Assembly: GCA_023515795.1 (NCBI GenBank)
Contig: JALGPX010000099.1
Span: forward strand, 1 to 42,381
Direction of reading: 5' to 3'
Length of the DNA: 42,381 nucleotides
From: Amoeboaphelidium occidentale
Taxonomy: Eukaryota
Shown here: positions 1-10,428 of the stretch, piece after piece
Layout: the number at the start of each line of letters is the position of its first letter
Position numbering within the stretch: the stretch's first letter is position 1
Translations under genes and position numbers: made by a program
The notes under the pieces: generated by a model
What the model was told of the DNA's origin: nothing
Seen by the model: only the letters and a program-made list of their open reading frames with translations
Database searches by the model: none

Positions 1-218
1 TTTCTTGGAATTGATCAACGTAATTTTTTATTTTGTTTTGATCGCGTTGCTTACTTTCAGGAAAATACTGTAATAAAAGTTGAATTCACAAAAACGACGG
101 CGCGAGTGATGTTTCAGATCGCGCTTCAAACCCTTCACTGAAAATTACGGTGGGACAATAAAATTGTAAATGGAAACGTTTTATGATTATTGCTCTCTTT
201 CTTCTACCATCATCCAAC

Positions 219-2132
219 TCAAAGCTGCATATCCTTCAATAGCTTGTTGCAAACATTCTTGTGATTCCAGTAACTTCCTTGCAACTTCCTAAAGAAAACT
301 TCGTGCTGATTCTTTTCATCTCGAATTTCGATCTCAAACTTGTGAGCTCCTTCCGTGCAAACGTAGATTCTGCCCTTCTTCTCAAAGCCTATGTTGTGAA
401 CACCAAGAACTCTTTCTACTTCAATGCTGATCTCAAACCATGTTTTATCTGAGTGCACCTGAAAGTTGAATAAACCTCTAACAGGACGATTTTGCTGAGT
501 TTGTTGAACAGGTGATGGGTTAGCTGAAACATTGCTCAGATTTGTTGTAAGTGGAACATCTGCTGCATCAGACTCAGAGTGTCTGCTTCGTGTAAATTTT
601 GGGAATCTCATTCCAGATTTCTTCTTGTTGTTAGCGGATGATCCCATGTCAATTTCCATAAATTCTTCCTGGCCAGAGACCTTTCGCGGCGGAGTGCTGA
701 TTGAAACAAGAGAGTTTGTTCTTTCACTCCTTGTGTCTTCTCCGAATCCCAACTCTGTTAGAACATTCTCTTTCCTCTTTCTTGTTTCGTCTATTAAGTG
801 GTATAAACTGACTATCGGATGCGGATTAACCTCAAGTCGTAGAATTTTGACAATCTCCTCCTCGCGAAATCCATATGACACCAATTCGGCAAGACTTTCT
901 GGGTGCGGACGAGCAACAGTGAAGGGGCGATCTTTTAGATGGCTTCTCACAGGTACAGAAAATCCAGTAGTGACCCAGACGTGATGCTTGACTTCATCCA
1001 GAGTCGCTCTTCTTGCAGGATCTGTGTGAAGCATTCTAGCAATCAAATGAGTTGCGTCTACCGAGAAATGTCTTGGGACGTCATACTTTCCTCTAGCAAT
1101 CTTATCATACAATTCATTAACTGTCTGAGCATCAAAAGGCAGTCTTCCAGACAGTAATGCAAATAGGATCACACCAAGTGACCAAACATCAACTTCAGGG
1201 CCAATGTATTTTATGCCCCGAATCATCTCAGGCGCTGCGTAGAATGGAGATCCACAGTAAGTATCAAGAAGTCTTTCTCTGTGAAACGTGTTACCAAATC
1301 CAAAATCTATAATTTTAATATTTTGCTCTGCATCCAATAGCAAATTTTCCGGTTTCAAATCGCGATGAATGATCGAGTTCTAGACGATATTGTTAGTCAT
1401 AACCGCTGTTGTAAAATTACTTGATGACAGTATTCTACAGCAGAAAGGATTTGCCTGAAGAACTTCCTTGCTTCAGGTTCCTTCACTGAGCCATGCTTTA
1501 CGATGTAATCGAAAAGTTCACCACCAGGTGCGTGCTCCATCACGATCCAGATATAGTTCGGAGACTCGTAGACATCAACTACTCCCACGATATGGGGATG
1601 GTTCAACAGCTTCATTAGACGGACTTCTCTGTCAACGCTAATCTTTTGCTTAGATGTCTTGATATTTGCCTTCTCGATGATCTTGATGGCGACCTTCTGT
1701 TTCGTAACGACATGTTCCGCTAGCTTCACCTTACCAAAAGTCCCTTTACCAAGAGTCTTGATGAAAACGTAGTCAGCAACTCCACTGTCAGAATATGCAG
1801 TCCCTTCCAGCTTAGTAGGACCAGATATAGATCCTTGTGGCCTAGTGGTCTGAGGTTTCTCAGGTGCCGGAGTAACAGGAAGCTACAGATCAATATCATC
1901 GCACATCAAATCGATCTACCTTTGATGTCTTGGACTTCTTATCGAAAAGAGCGTCAAGTAATCTAGCCATGACACTCTGCTTCTCTTTGACAGCGACTGG
2001 CTTCTTGTAGAACTCTCTCAAGATCTCAGCACGATCTTGATTAGGCAGTGAGTTGAGAACGGTTTCAAGCCTTGCTTGTGCCTCATGAGGATTCTTCCCC
2101 TGTATCTCTTCGGTTAAGCTTTTGCGACGCAT
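219..2132 (-). CDS. KIN1/MARK (AMPK-related) Ser/Thr kinase with C-terminal KA1-like domain; introns 1380-1420 and 1883-1919; probable 5'UTR intron 2156-2195
   Basis: Spliced frame gives LGKGTFGKV, VAIK, HRDLKPEN, DFG, YCGSPFYAAPE and a C-terminal FEIEI...FRKLQGSYWNHKNVCNKLL (KA1-like). GT-AG introns join ORFs 1896-2255, 1397-1729 and 219-1358. Start codon uncertain (2132 vs 2186). Confidence 0.9.
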
Positions 2133-2523
2133 ATCTGAATGAATTGCTGATGTATCTATCATCAGGTCAGAACTCTCCCGGCGCATTACACATACCTGAT
2201 GATCTTGACAGTAGATGCCCAAACTATGATGGGATGAAGTAGAGAGAGATATCAAACTTCAGAAATCTATCTGATGGTCCTTTGGACGTTGTTCGATCAG
2301 AGGTATATAAATAACTCATTGTTGCTGCCATGGAAACGATGACTGCTGCATATCGTGACGTCTTTCCCACGATAAAAACTAAGACCCGATTAAACTGGTG
2401 CACAGAACGCGTTTAAAATTAATTTGAAGGTTTAAAGAGAGGCTGAACCCGATTAATTCAATGTGGCTGGTTTGAAGTTTGAATGCACTTCGTTTTTACT
2501 AAACAAGTCGGACTGAAACTACG

Positions 2524-3207
2524 ATGCTCTTTCAAGTTGCCTTACTTGTTTACTCTTTCGCCTACATTCCGATACTTTTCTGGAGATCGACAACATTCAC
2601 TTCATATTTTACTGCTCATCCTGTGCTGATGTGTGTTGCTTATGCTTTAACTTGCTACGGAATCAGCATCTTCTCCCAAAGACCCAAAACCGAGAAGGGC
2701 AAAGCATCAAAGAATGACGTTACTAAACATAAAATATTGTCTGACATGCATGGGGCTGCACAATTTGTTGCTGTCGTTATGTTGCTTATTGCTTTCGGAA
2801 TAATCGAGTATAGCAAGTTTGCCAATAACAGATCTCATTTCGTTTCATGGCATGGTACTGTAGGATTTGGTGCTGCATTGGCCTTCCTTGGTATTGGCTC
2901 GTTTGGGTTCATGATGAAGAATCTGCCTGTGACCATGATCTCTGTGATGAAACGATTAGGCGGAACATACTCGCAAGGTTGGAAACTACACAGATATGCA
3001 GGATTCCTTATGCTCAGTGTGTTTTACAGTGTTTTGTTTATGGGTCAATACACTAGCTGGATGCTGTCACAAGCTGATCAATATCGCAAGCACTCGATGC
3101 AATTTGGCGATTACACAGTGAAATACTCTGACTTCTTCTGGGGCACTGGTCTAGGCCTTCAGACTGTGTTATATGTTGGCGCAATGAAGCAGTTACTGAA
3201 GCAATAG
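2524..3207 (+). CDS. Cytochrome b561 family membrane protein (CYB561D-like)
   Basis: Several TM helices with the four heme-ligand His motifs HPVLM, HGAAQ, HFVSWHG and LHRYAG. Confidence 0.85.
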   Translation: MLFQVALLVYSFAYIPILFWRSTTFTSYFTAHPVLMCVAYALTCYGISIFSQRPKTEKGKASKNDVTKHKILSDMHGAAQFVAVVMLLIAFGIIEYSKFANNRSHFVSWHGTVGFGAALAFLGIGSFGFMMKNLPVTMISVMKRLGGTYSQGWKLHRYAGFLMLSVFYSVLFMGQYTSWMLSQADQYRKHSMQFGDYTVKYSDFFWGTGLGLQTVLYVGAMKQLLKQ

Positions 3208-3233
3208 ACTCGCTGAATTATCGTTTTCAAAGA

Positions 3234-3891
3234 ATGTTCAGATTTGCTGCAACAAAACTGACCGCGAGGAAACTTTCGACAGGATTTACTCAACAACTTC
3301 GACTTCCTCTTCAGCTGCAGACTCCATTAAAAGCAATTCAAGTCCGACAGTGGCATCCTCCTCCAGCTGGATATGATCCACAGTTTGGTGATTACCCAAA
3401 GCTGCCATGGATTCCTCATGATAAAAGGTCGCCTTATGCGCACTACGATGACCCTGTGCATCGCAGAAACTTTGGAGAAACTGTAATTACTGTTTAATTG
3501 CCTTGAGGTGCTAAAATGTTTTTAGGTTCCTGAGGAGTTCGATTTGCAGGACGCTTACTTTCCTGGTGACCACACGCCATGGGAGAATTTCAAAGAGGGT
3601 TTAAAGGGTCAGATTCCTATGATCGGCATTGTGTTATTCTTCCTTGGGGCTGCTTATTTATTCTACTTGGATGATAATAAGGTAATACAAAGAGCGAGAT
3701 GATTAAGGATTTACTCGTAGGCTCCACCAAATGTTTTACCAGAGGAAGTTGTCAATTATTTAAAGAATTCTGGATGGGATGAAGTTCGTGTCAGGCCGTA
3801 TGAAGTCCCAAAGCTTCCACCTTTATCAGAGCAAGTTGCTGCTGACAGCAAGTTTGCAAAGATTGGAGTTAACGAACACCATCACCATTAA
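3234..3891 (+). CDS. NDUFB8: Complex I subunit NDUFB8 (ASHI); introns 3483-3525 and 3682-3720
   Basis: Mitochondrial-type presequence, GDYPKLP...YDDPVHRRNFGE motif, single TM in exon 2, stop TAA at 3889-3891. Confidence 0.85.
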
Positions 3892-3930
3892 TTCTTGACG
3901 CAATAAAATCAAAGATACCTCAGCTTAACT

Positions 3931-5091
3931 TTATTTAACAGCCTTCTTTAGCGCTTGCTCAAGATCTTTAATTAGGTCATTGGTTTCTTCAATGCCAACA
4001 CTGATTCTAACAAGCGAGTCAGTTATTCCCAAAACCGCTCTATCTTCAGGAGCAACTGAGGCGTGAGTCATGACACAAGGGAGTTCTGCTAGAGATTCAA
4101 TACCTCCCAAAGATTCTGCCAAAGTGAAATACTGACAACTTGACAAGAACTTGGTTGCTTCATTGACACCACCTTTAATGTAAAATGATATCATTCCACC
4201 AAAGCCCTTCTGTTGTCTCTGAGCAAGTTCGTGCTGAGGATGACTCTTGAGACCAGGATAAATCACCTTTGTGACATAAGGCGAGCTTTCCAAGTACTGA
4301 GCAACAGCTAATGCATTCTCTGCGTGTGATCTCATTCGAACATGCAAAGTCTTTAAGCCTCTGTTAGCAAGGAAACAGTCGAATGGAGAAGGAATAGCCC
4401 CAATAGAATTCTGTAAGAACTTCAACTTTGTGTAAATGTTCTCATTGTTTGTGATCATAACTCCCATCACAACATCACTGTGACCATTCAAATATTTTGT
4501 GACTGAATGCACAACGACATCAGCACCCAATTCCAAAGGTCTTTGAAAGTACGGACTCAAAAACGTATTATCAGTAACCAAAATAACGCCGGGATACTCT
4601 TTAACAATCTTTGCCACAGCCGCAATGTCGACTAATTTAAGCGTCGGATTAGTTGGAGTTTCGATCCAGACAAGTTTAGTGTTCGACTTGATATACTTTC
4701 TTAGACTCTCAGGGTCCTTTAAATCAGCAAAAGAACATTCAATTCCCAATGTAGACGCAACTTTTGTGAAGTATCGGTAAGTTCCTCCGTAAACATCATT
4801 AACAGAGACAATGTGCGATCCTGTGCCGAGCATTGTGACTATCGTGGCAGTAACAGCAGAACCAGAAGCATACGCCAAAGCGTATTTGCCCTGTTCAAGA
4901 GAAGCCACAGCAGTTTCGAAAGCAAATCTTGTTGGATTATTCGATCTGGAGTATTCATAGCCTTTATGAACACCTGGGGCTTCCTGGTGGAAAGTTGTAC
5001 TTAAACTAATTGGTGGGATGACAGCACCAGTGGTCGGGTCAGGATGTTGCCCAGCGTGGATGGCATTCGTGCCAAAATGTTCAAAAGTCAT
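3931..5091 (-). CDS. CYS3: Cystathionine gamma-lyase, copy A (intronless)
   Basis: YSRSNNPTR, ETPTNP, DNTF, SVTKYLNGHSDV (PLP lysine), AESLGG; ATG at 5089-5091 (MTFEHFGT). Confidence 0.93.
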   Translation of the reverse strand: MTFEHFGTNAIHAGQHPDPTTGAVIPPISLSTTFHQEAPGVHKGYEYSRSNNPTRFAFETAVASLEQGKYALAYASGSAVTATIVTMLGTGSHIVSVNDVYGGTYRYFTKVASTLGIECSFADLKDPESLRKYIKSNTKLVWIETPTNPTLKLVDIAAVAKIVKEYPGVILVTDNTFLSPYFQRPLELGADVVVHSVTKYLNGHSDVVMGVMITNNENIYTKLKFLQNSIGAIPSPFDCFLANRGLKTLHVRMRSHAENALAVAQYLESSPYVTKVIYPGLKSHPQHELAQRQQKGFGGMISFYIKGGVNEATKFLSSCQYFTLAESLGGIESLAELPCVMTHASVAPEDRAVLGITDSLVRISVGIEETNDLIKDLEQALKKAVK

Positions 5092-5215
5092 TCTAGGAAA
5101 TAAAGTTTGTGGGAAAATTTTGTTGGCCTCCACGTTTGGGAAGATTGCAAATCTTGCGAAAGAGCACGACAGAATAATGAAAAAGACACTTACGTAAAAT
5201 TACGCTTTTATACTT

Positions 5216-6444
5216 TTAATTAGATTTCTTGACAGCCTTCTCCAGAGCCTGTTGCAAATCTTCAATTAAATCCTCTGAGTCTTCCAAACCAACGCTGAAA
5301 CGAATCAACGCATCAGTAATTCCAAGCTTAGCGCGATCTTCAGGAGAAACACTTCCATGTGTCATAATACAAGGCAATTCAGCAAGAGACTCCGTGCCAC
5401 CCAAAGATTCTGCAAGAGTAATGTAATTCAAACTGGACAAGAACTTTGACGATTCTTCTAAGCCACCTTTAATGTAGAATGAAACCATACCACCAAACCC
5501 TTTCTGTTGTTTCAAAGCAATCTTGTGCTGAGGATGGGAAGGCAGACCAGGGTACAGAACCTTCTCGACATAAGGTGAACTCTCCAAGAATTTTGCACAA
5601 GCAAAAGCATTTTCTTCATGACGCTTCATTCTAACGTGCAATGTCTTCAAACCTCTTGAAGCGAGATAACTGTCAAAAGGAGATGGAATCGCGCCCATTG
5701 AGTTCTGTAAGAACTTTAATTTGGTGTAAATCTCTTCAGTGTTTGTCAAAGCGATTCCCATGACAGTATCACAGTGACCATTCAAATACTTTGTTACAGA
5801 GTGAATGACAATATCAGCGCCAAGATCAAGAGGATTCTGAAAGTACGGAGACAGGAAAGTATTATCAACCACGAGAATAGTTTCTGGCCTCTCTTTGACA
5901 ATATCAGCGATCGCTTTGATGTCAGTCAGCTTCAAAGTAGGATTCGTTGGAGATTCGATCCAGACCATTTTGGTGTTTGGTCTCAAATGCTGTCGCAACA
6001 CTGAAGGATCATCCAAATCACAAAATGTAACTTCAACACCCAAAGTAGACGCAATCCTGTTGAAGTAACGATAAGTGCCACCATAAACATCGTTAACAGA
6101 AACAATATGTGAACCACCGCCAAGCATTGTCGTTATTGAAGTTGTTGTTGCGCAACCTGAAGCGAAAGCGACACCAAACTTTGCATTCTCCAGAGATGCG
6201 ACAGCCTTCTCAAAAGATCCTCTTGTTGGATTATTGGTTCTGGAATACTCAAAGCCCTTCAAGTAAAAACGTTTAGATTATCATCACACTATCGATTAAC
6301 AAATACCTTGTGCTCTCCTGGCGCAGACTGTGCATAAGTTGTGGTCAAGTAAACAGGCGGAACCAAAGCGCCGGTAGTTGGATCAGGTTCTCTTCCATAG
6401 TGGATAGCGCGTGTAGCAAAACGGGCTGAGGATGGAACAGTCAT
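5216..6444 (-). CDS. CYS3: Cystathionine gamma-lyase, copy B; intron 6257-6306
   Basis: Same motifs (YSRTNNPTR, SVTKYLNGHCD, AESLGG). Exon 1 MTVPSSARFATRAIH...EHK splices to GFEYSR. Confidence 0.92.
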
Positions 6445-6485
6445 TTTACAGAAATTTGGAATGTTGAAATTCCCTTTCGAACAAA

Positions 6486-6742
6486 TCACGCAATCCGCAG
6501 CGAGCACGAACAAAGACAAACACAGAAAGCTTCTATTGGCGCTATAGTATCATTTTAATTAGCGTTTGGTTTGTGTTCCAAGAATAAAACATGTTGCCGT
6601 ACTNNNNNNNNNNNNNNNNNNNNNTCACGCAATCCGCAGCGAGCACGAACAAAGACAAACACAGAGAGCTTCTATTGGCGCTATAGTATCATTTTAATTA
6701 GCGTTTGGTTTGTGTTCCAAGAATAAAACATGTTGCCGTACT
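6486..6742. repeat. 118-bp direct duplication flanking N-gap (probable assembly overlap)
   Basis: 6486-6603 matches 6625-6742 except one A/G difference; gap at 6604-6624. Confidence 0.9.
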
Positions 6743-7051
6743 ATTTAAATAAGAATATCCTCCAAATAACATAAAAATTACCGAAAGGGTCATATTTGCG
6801 CAGTACCATTTTAGGCGATGTCCTCTTTCTACTGAATGTGTATGTGAATCCCGTTCCAGCCGCACTGAATAATTTAACGAATATGCGTCTACAGAAATTA
6901 TAGGTTAATGTTCTTTAAAAGGCAGCCCTTCCACCAGCAGCAGAGGGAAGAGCAAAGGATAATCTTACGCGCTCTTCTTTGCCATTATCGCTGTCGACTT
7001 TTGATTGGCCGCTTTCTTTGAAGACAAAATTTTCCAGCTTTTATGTGTTGA

Positions 7052-8512
7052 ATGAGTTCCTCCTCAACCTTTGAAGAACAGCCGAATGGGCCTTCGGAAT
7101 CACAAAGACAACAGCCACAACAGCCGCCTGTGATGGACAATAAGAAACTGTATGCAGTTCTCAGAGTGGAACCGACAGCGACAGCAGACGAAATCAAAAG
7201 GTCTTATCGTCGATTGGCATTACAGCTTCATCCCGATAAGTCGAACAGAGAAGAGGATGCCCAGCTGTTCCGGGAAGTGAACGCCGCGTGGGAGATTTTG
7301 GGCGATGAGAAGCTGCGTTCTATTTACGATCGACATGGAATGCCTGGAATTGAAATGTACCGACAGTTTGGTGACAGTTTAGGAGTGTTTCTGACACCGG
7401 AAGCAGAGGGGATGATCATGACAGGATTCTGTTTCTTATCTTTTCTTGTTCTCTTTGTTTCTCTGTTTCCGATATTCATTGCGTTGAAGGGCGACGGCGT
7501 TGTTGACTGGAGTTGGGTCGTAGTGTTTGTGCCTGTGTGGATAATCGACGTTTTCGCTTTGCTTATAATCGTATCGCGATATTTTCTATGGAAAAGTGAT
7601 GATCGGAATAATCAGAACGATTCTCCTAACGCTGGAGGTGATGCTGCAACTGCTTCTGATGATGGAAGTGAAACTGAGCGCAAGGATAATTTCCAGGATT
7701 ACTTGTTGGGCGCAAAGAGAGTTCTGGAATGGGCGCTTTTTGTGTTGTTTCAAATATTCTTGGTTATCAAGTTGGATGGTGTAGTTTCGTGGCAATGGGC
7801 AGCAGTTTTTGCGCCATGGTTCTGTTTGGAGGGACTGAATTGGTTGAATTTGTGTGTTCAGTATATTTTCATAATCTCAAGTCCTTTGCGAGAAGAAACA
7901 GAGAACGATTCAAGTTCTTTGGCTTCCACACGATACTACACTTTTCCACAGAAACTGTTGGTATTGTTTGAAGTATTTCATGTCTGGCTTCTAAGAGTGA
8001 TACTTGCGATTCTAATTGTTCTGAATGCTGACAGCATCATCACTGTGTCATGGACTGTTGTATTTACTCCGGTATTTATACAGTTCGGTATTATGTTGTT
8101 CGTCCCAATAATGACGTATGTTTATAATCGTAGAACTTGGCTAGCTTCTGCTCAAGATGATAGAAAGTTCGCAATGAAAGCCATGGTCATCAGTCGAACG
8201 GTAGTTACAGTTGTTCTTGGCACCTTGTTCTTTGCTATGTTGGGAATGTTCATCGCTCGATTAGACATGAGCAACTATTACTCCCTCTCTGCTATACTAA
8301 CACCATTATTTGTTCTATTGGGATTGACATTTTGTTGTGTATGTTGCTGTCTGCCTTGTTCGTTCATGGCACAAATGCCTGAACCAGACACAGAAGCACC
8401 ACAGTCCCCACGACCACATCATGATTTCGGAATGCCTCTGCGACAAATTGAATGGAAACGAAGTGGTAATAAGACCGTAGTCACAAGTCTGTTCAGTAAC
8501 ATCAAAAACTGA
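7052..8512 (+). CDS. DnaJ-domain multi-pass membrane protein with TMEM185/FAM11-like region
   Basis: J-domain with HPDK; repeated LKxDG...W.W..VF.P.W TM units; Cys-rich CCVCCCLPC near the C-terminus. Confidence 0.85.
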   Translation: MSSSSTFEEQPNGPSESQRQQPQQPPVMDNKKLYAVLRVEPTATADEIKRSYRRLALQLHPDKSNREEDAQLFREVNAAWEILGDEKLRSIYDRHGMPGIEMYRQFGDSLGVFLTPEAEGMIMTGFCFLSFLVLFVSLFPIFIALKGDGVVDWSWVVVFVPVWIIDVFALLIIVSRYFLWKSDDRNNQNDSPNAGGDAATASDDGSETERKDNFQDYLLGAKRVLEWALFVLFQIFLVIKLDGVVSWQWAAVFAPWFCLEGLNWLNLCVQYIFIISSPLREETENDSSSLASTRYYTFPQKLLVLFEVFHVWLLRVILAILIVLNADSIITVSWTVVFTPVFIQFGIMLFVPIMTYVYNRRTWLASAQDDRKFAMKAMVISRTVVTVVLGTLFFAMLGMFIARLDMSNYYSLSAILTPLFVLLGLTFCCVCCCLPCSFMAQMPEPDTEAPQSPRPHHDFGMPLRQIEWKRSGNKTVVTSLFSNIKN

Positions 8513-8591
8513 CGTAATTATCGCGTTGATTCTGTTTCACAACTATCTTCAAAGGATTACTTCAATTAATTCAAATAAAGATAACGAAATT

Positions 8592-8970
8592 TTATTTTCC
8601 AGCCCTCTTCTTGATCTCAGACGAAAGAGTCTTGACAAATGTATTGACAAACTTGTCTACTTTGAAGGCAGGAATCACAGGCTCAGGTGTGGTGTTGTAT
8701 TCTGATATTCTGTAAGGATTTGATGGTCGCGCTGGTGCAGGTCGTTTAGGTAATGTCTCTACATTAGAGCATTAGGAAAATCCAAAGGAAAACTTACGAG
8801 CTTGAATCGAACTGACGTGTTTGTGAGTCTTATGAGCAATATTCTGGAATGTCTTGCTGTTTGCAAGCTACAATGACGCAAGATGAGTCTATTCCACTGC
8901 AGGTGCTGCTACTTACCGATTTCACAATGAATTCATTTGCGAACCAACTGAAGATTCTCTTAAAGATCAT
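8592..8970 (-). CDS. Small 96-aa protein, MRX7/NCBP2AS2-like (not in ORF track); introns 8868-8916 and 8759-8797
   Basis: Two GTAAGT...TAG introns give an uninterrupted 291-nt frame MIFKRIFSWFANEFIVKSLANSKTFQNIAHKTHKHV...FVKTLSSEIKKRAGK*. Confidence 0.75.
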
Positions 8971-9033
8971 GCTGCAGAAAAAGTTGCTCAAGAGATTCGA
9001 TCAAGTTCTTCTCTGTAACTTCACTCTTACAAT

Positions 9034-10410
9034 ATGATCACCGTCAAAGAAATAAGTGGCGATAAAGGCAGAGGAACGTTTTCCACAAAGAAGCTATCTG
9101 TAGGTGAACTCGTGTTAAAAGAAAGACCTCTGGTGTATTGCGCCGATGCTGAAAAACAGGTCTGTAACGTGTGCTTCTTGGGAGTCAATGAGTGGTCACA
9201 CAAGAGTAATGCGCAGATGAAATTATGCACGGGATGCAAGGCTGTGTATTACTGCTCTAGGGAATGCCAGACAAAAGACTGGCTAGCTTTTCACAAGTAT
9301 GAATGCGGCGCATATCAAAAAATGCCAAAGAAACCGTTCACATTATTACGCATACTATCACGTATTATGATACTTAAACGAAACAATGAGTCGGAGTACA
9401 AGAGCAAGTTTGAAGTGTTGGTCCATAAAGTAGACAAGATGAAGTTGGCAGACAAGGAAATGTTTGGTCAGATAATGATTGCTATAAGAAATTATTTTGG
9501 GCCTGAGTATGGAATGAGCGTTAAGGAGTTCTTGGCAGCGTGTTCAAGATCATCACTTAATTCTATCGGAATTCAAGATGTTTATCAAGAAATTGTTGGT
9601 GTTGGTATTTATACTCAACTTTCAATGATAAATCATGCGTGCGAACCTAATGCTGAAGTGGTATGGGACAGGGAAGAGTTAATTGTCAGAATGCTAATGC
9701 CTTTGGCGTCTGATGAAGAAGTTTATATTTGTTACTTGAACTTCTTTATGCCAACGAGAATGATACGAAAGCAATTACAAGATCAATATCACTTTACCTG
9801 TTCTTGTTCTCGTTGTTCCACAAAGAAAGATCCGTTTGAAGGATACAAGTGTCCTAACGGATCTTGTGACGGCTATATCAATGTTGACGAAGATGTTGTG
9901 CTTAAACTGGAAACTCCTGCCAACGTTGAATGTGAAACATGTGGAAGCATTGCTGTTAATTTTGAAAAAACTGTTGCTGCTTGCATTGAAGCCAGAGCGA
10001 TCGAAGAGACTGCTCAAAAGTTTCTTGATGGTTCATGCGGTACAGAAGATGTTACAAATCTTTTTGTGAAACTACGTAAATCTTTGGATACTCTTCAAAT
10101 GTACTTATACCGGAAGAATTATTATCTGTCTCTGTGCCTTGAGAGCTACAAGGAAATGTTTGTCCGTTTAGGTATGGCGAAAGAAGCTTATGATTTGCTT
10201 GAACAAATTTTGTCGATAACAAAGGAAAAGGTTCCATCTTATCATTCCAAAGTAGCATATGAATGTCACTCGTTAGCTCTTGTGAGTCAGAACAAGAAAC
10301 AGGCATCGCATTGGTTTGAAGAAGCTCACAAAATTTATGCCTCGTATTTGAGTCCAGAACGAGAGTTTATCAAGAGGCTGGAAATGAGTATTTTAGCTTG
10401 CTCCAAATAG
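9034..10410 (+). CDS. SMYD-family SET + MYND lysine methyltransferase
   Basis: KGRG, MYND CxxC...CxxC..YCSRECQ..DW..HKYEC, NHACEPN, post-SET CSCSRC. Confidence 0.9.
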   Translation: MITVKEISGDKGRGTFSTKKLSVGELVLKERPLVYCADAEKQVCNVCFLGVNEWSHKSNAQMKLCTGCKAVYYCSRECQTKDWLAFHKYECGAYQKMPKKPFTLLRILSRIMILKRNNESEYKSKFEVLVHKVDKMKLADKEMFGQIMIAIRNYFGPEYGMSVKEFLAACSRSSLNSIGIQDVYQEIVGVGIYTQLSMINHACEPNAEVVWDREELIVRMLMPLASDEEVYICYLNFFMPTRMIRKQLQDQYHFTCSCSRCSTKKDPFEGYKCPNGSCDGYINVDEDVVLKLETPANVECETCGSIAVNFEKTVAACIEARAIEETAQKFLDGSCGTEDVTNLFVKLRKSLDTLQMYLYRKNYYLSLCLESYKEMFVRLGMAKEAYDLLEQILSITKEKVPSYHSKVAYECHSLALVSQNKKQASHWFEEAHKIYASYLSPEREFIKRLEMSILACSK

Positions 10411-10428
10411 ATTTTATTCTTTTCTCTG

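Noticed and set aside
6486..6742. Tandem duplications at N-gaps (also 17369-17644)
   Set aside because: Exact overlap on both sides of a gap with a single SNP is typical of unmerged contig ends or haplotypes, not real repeats.
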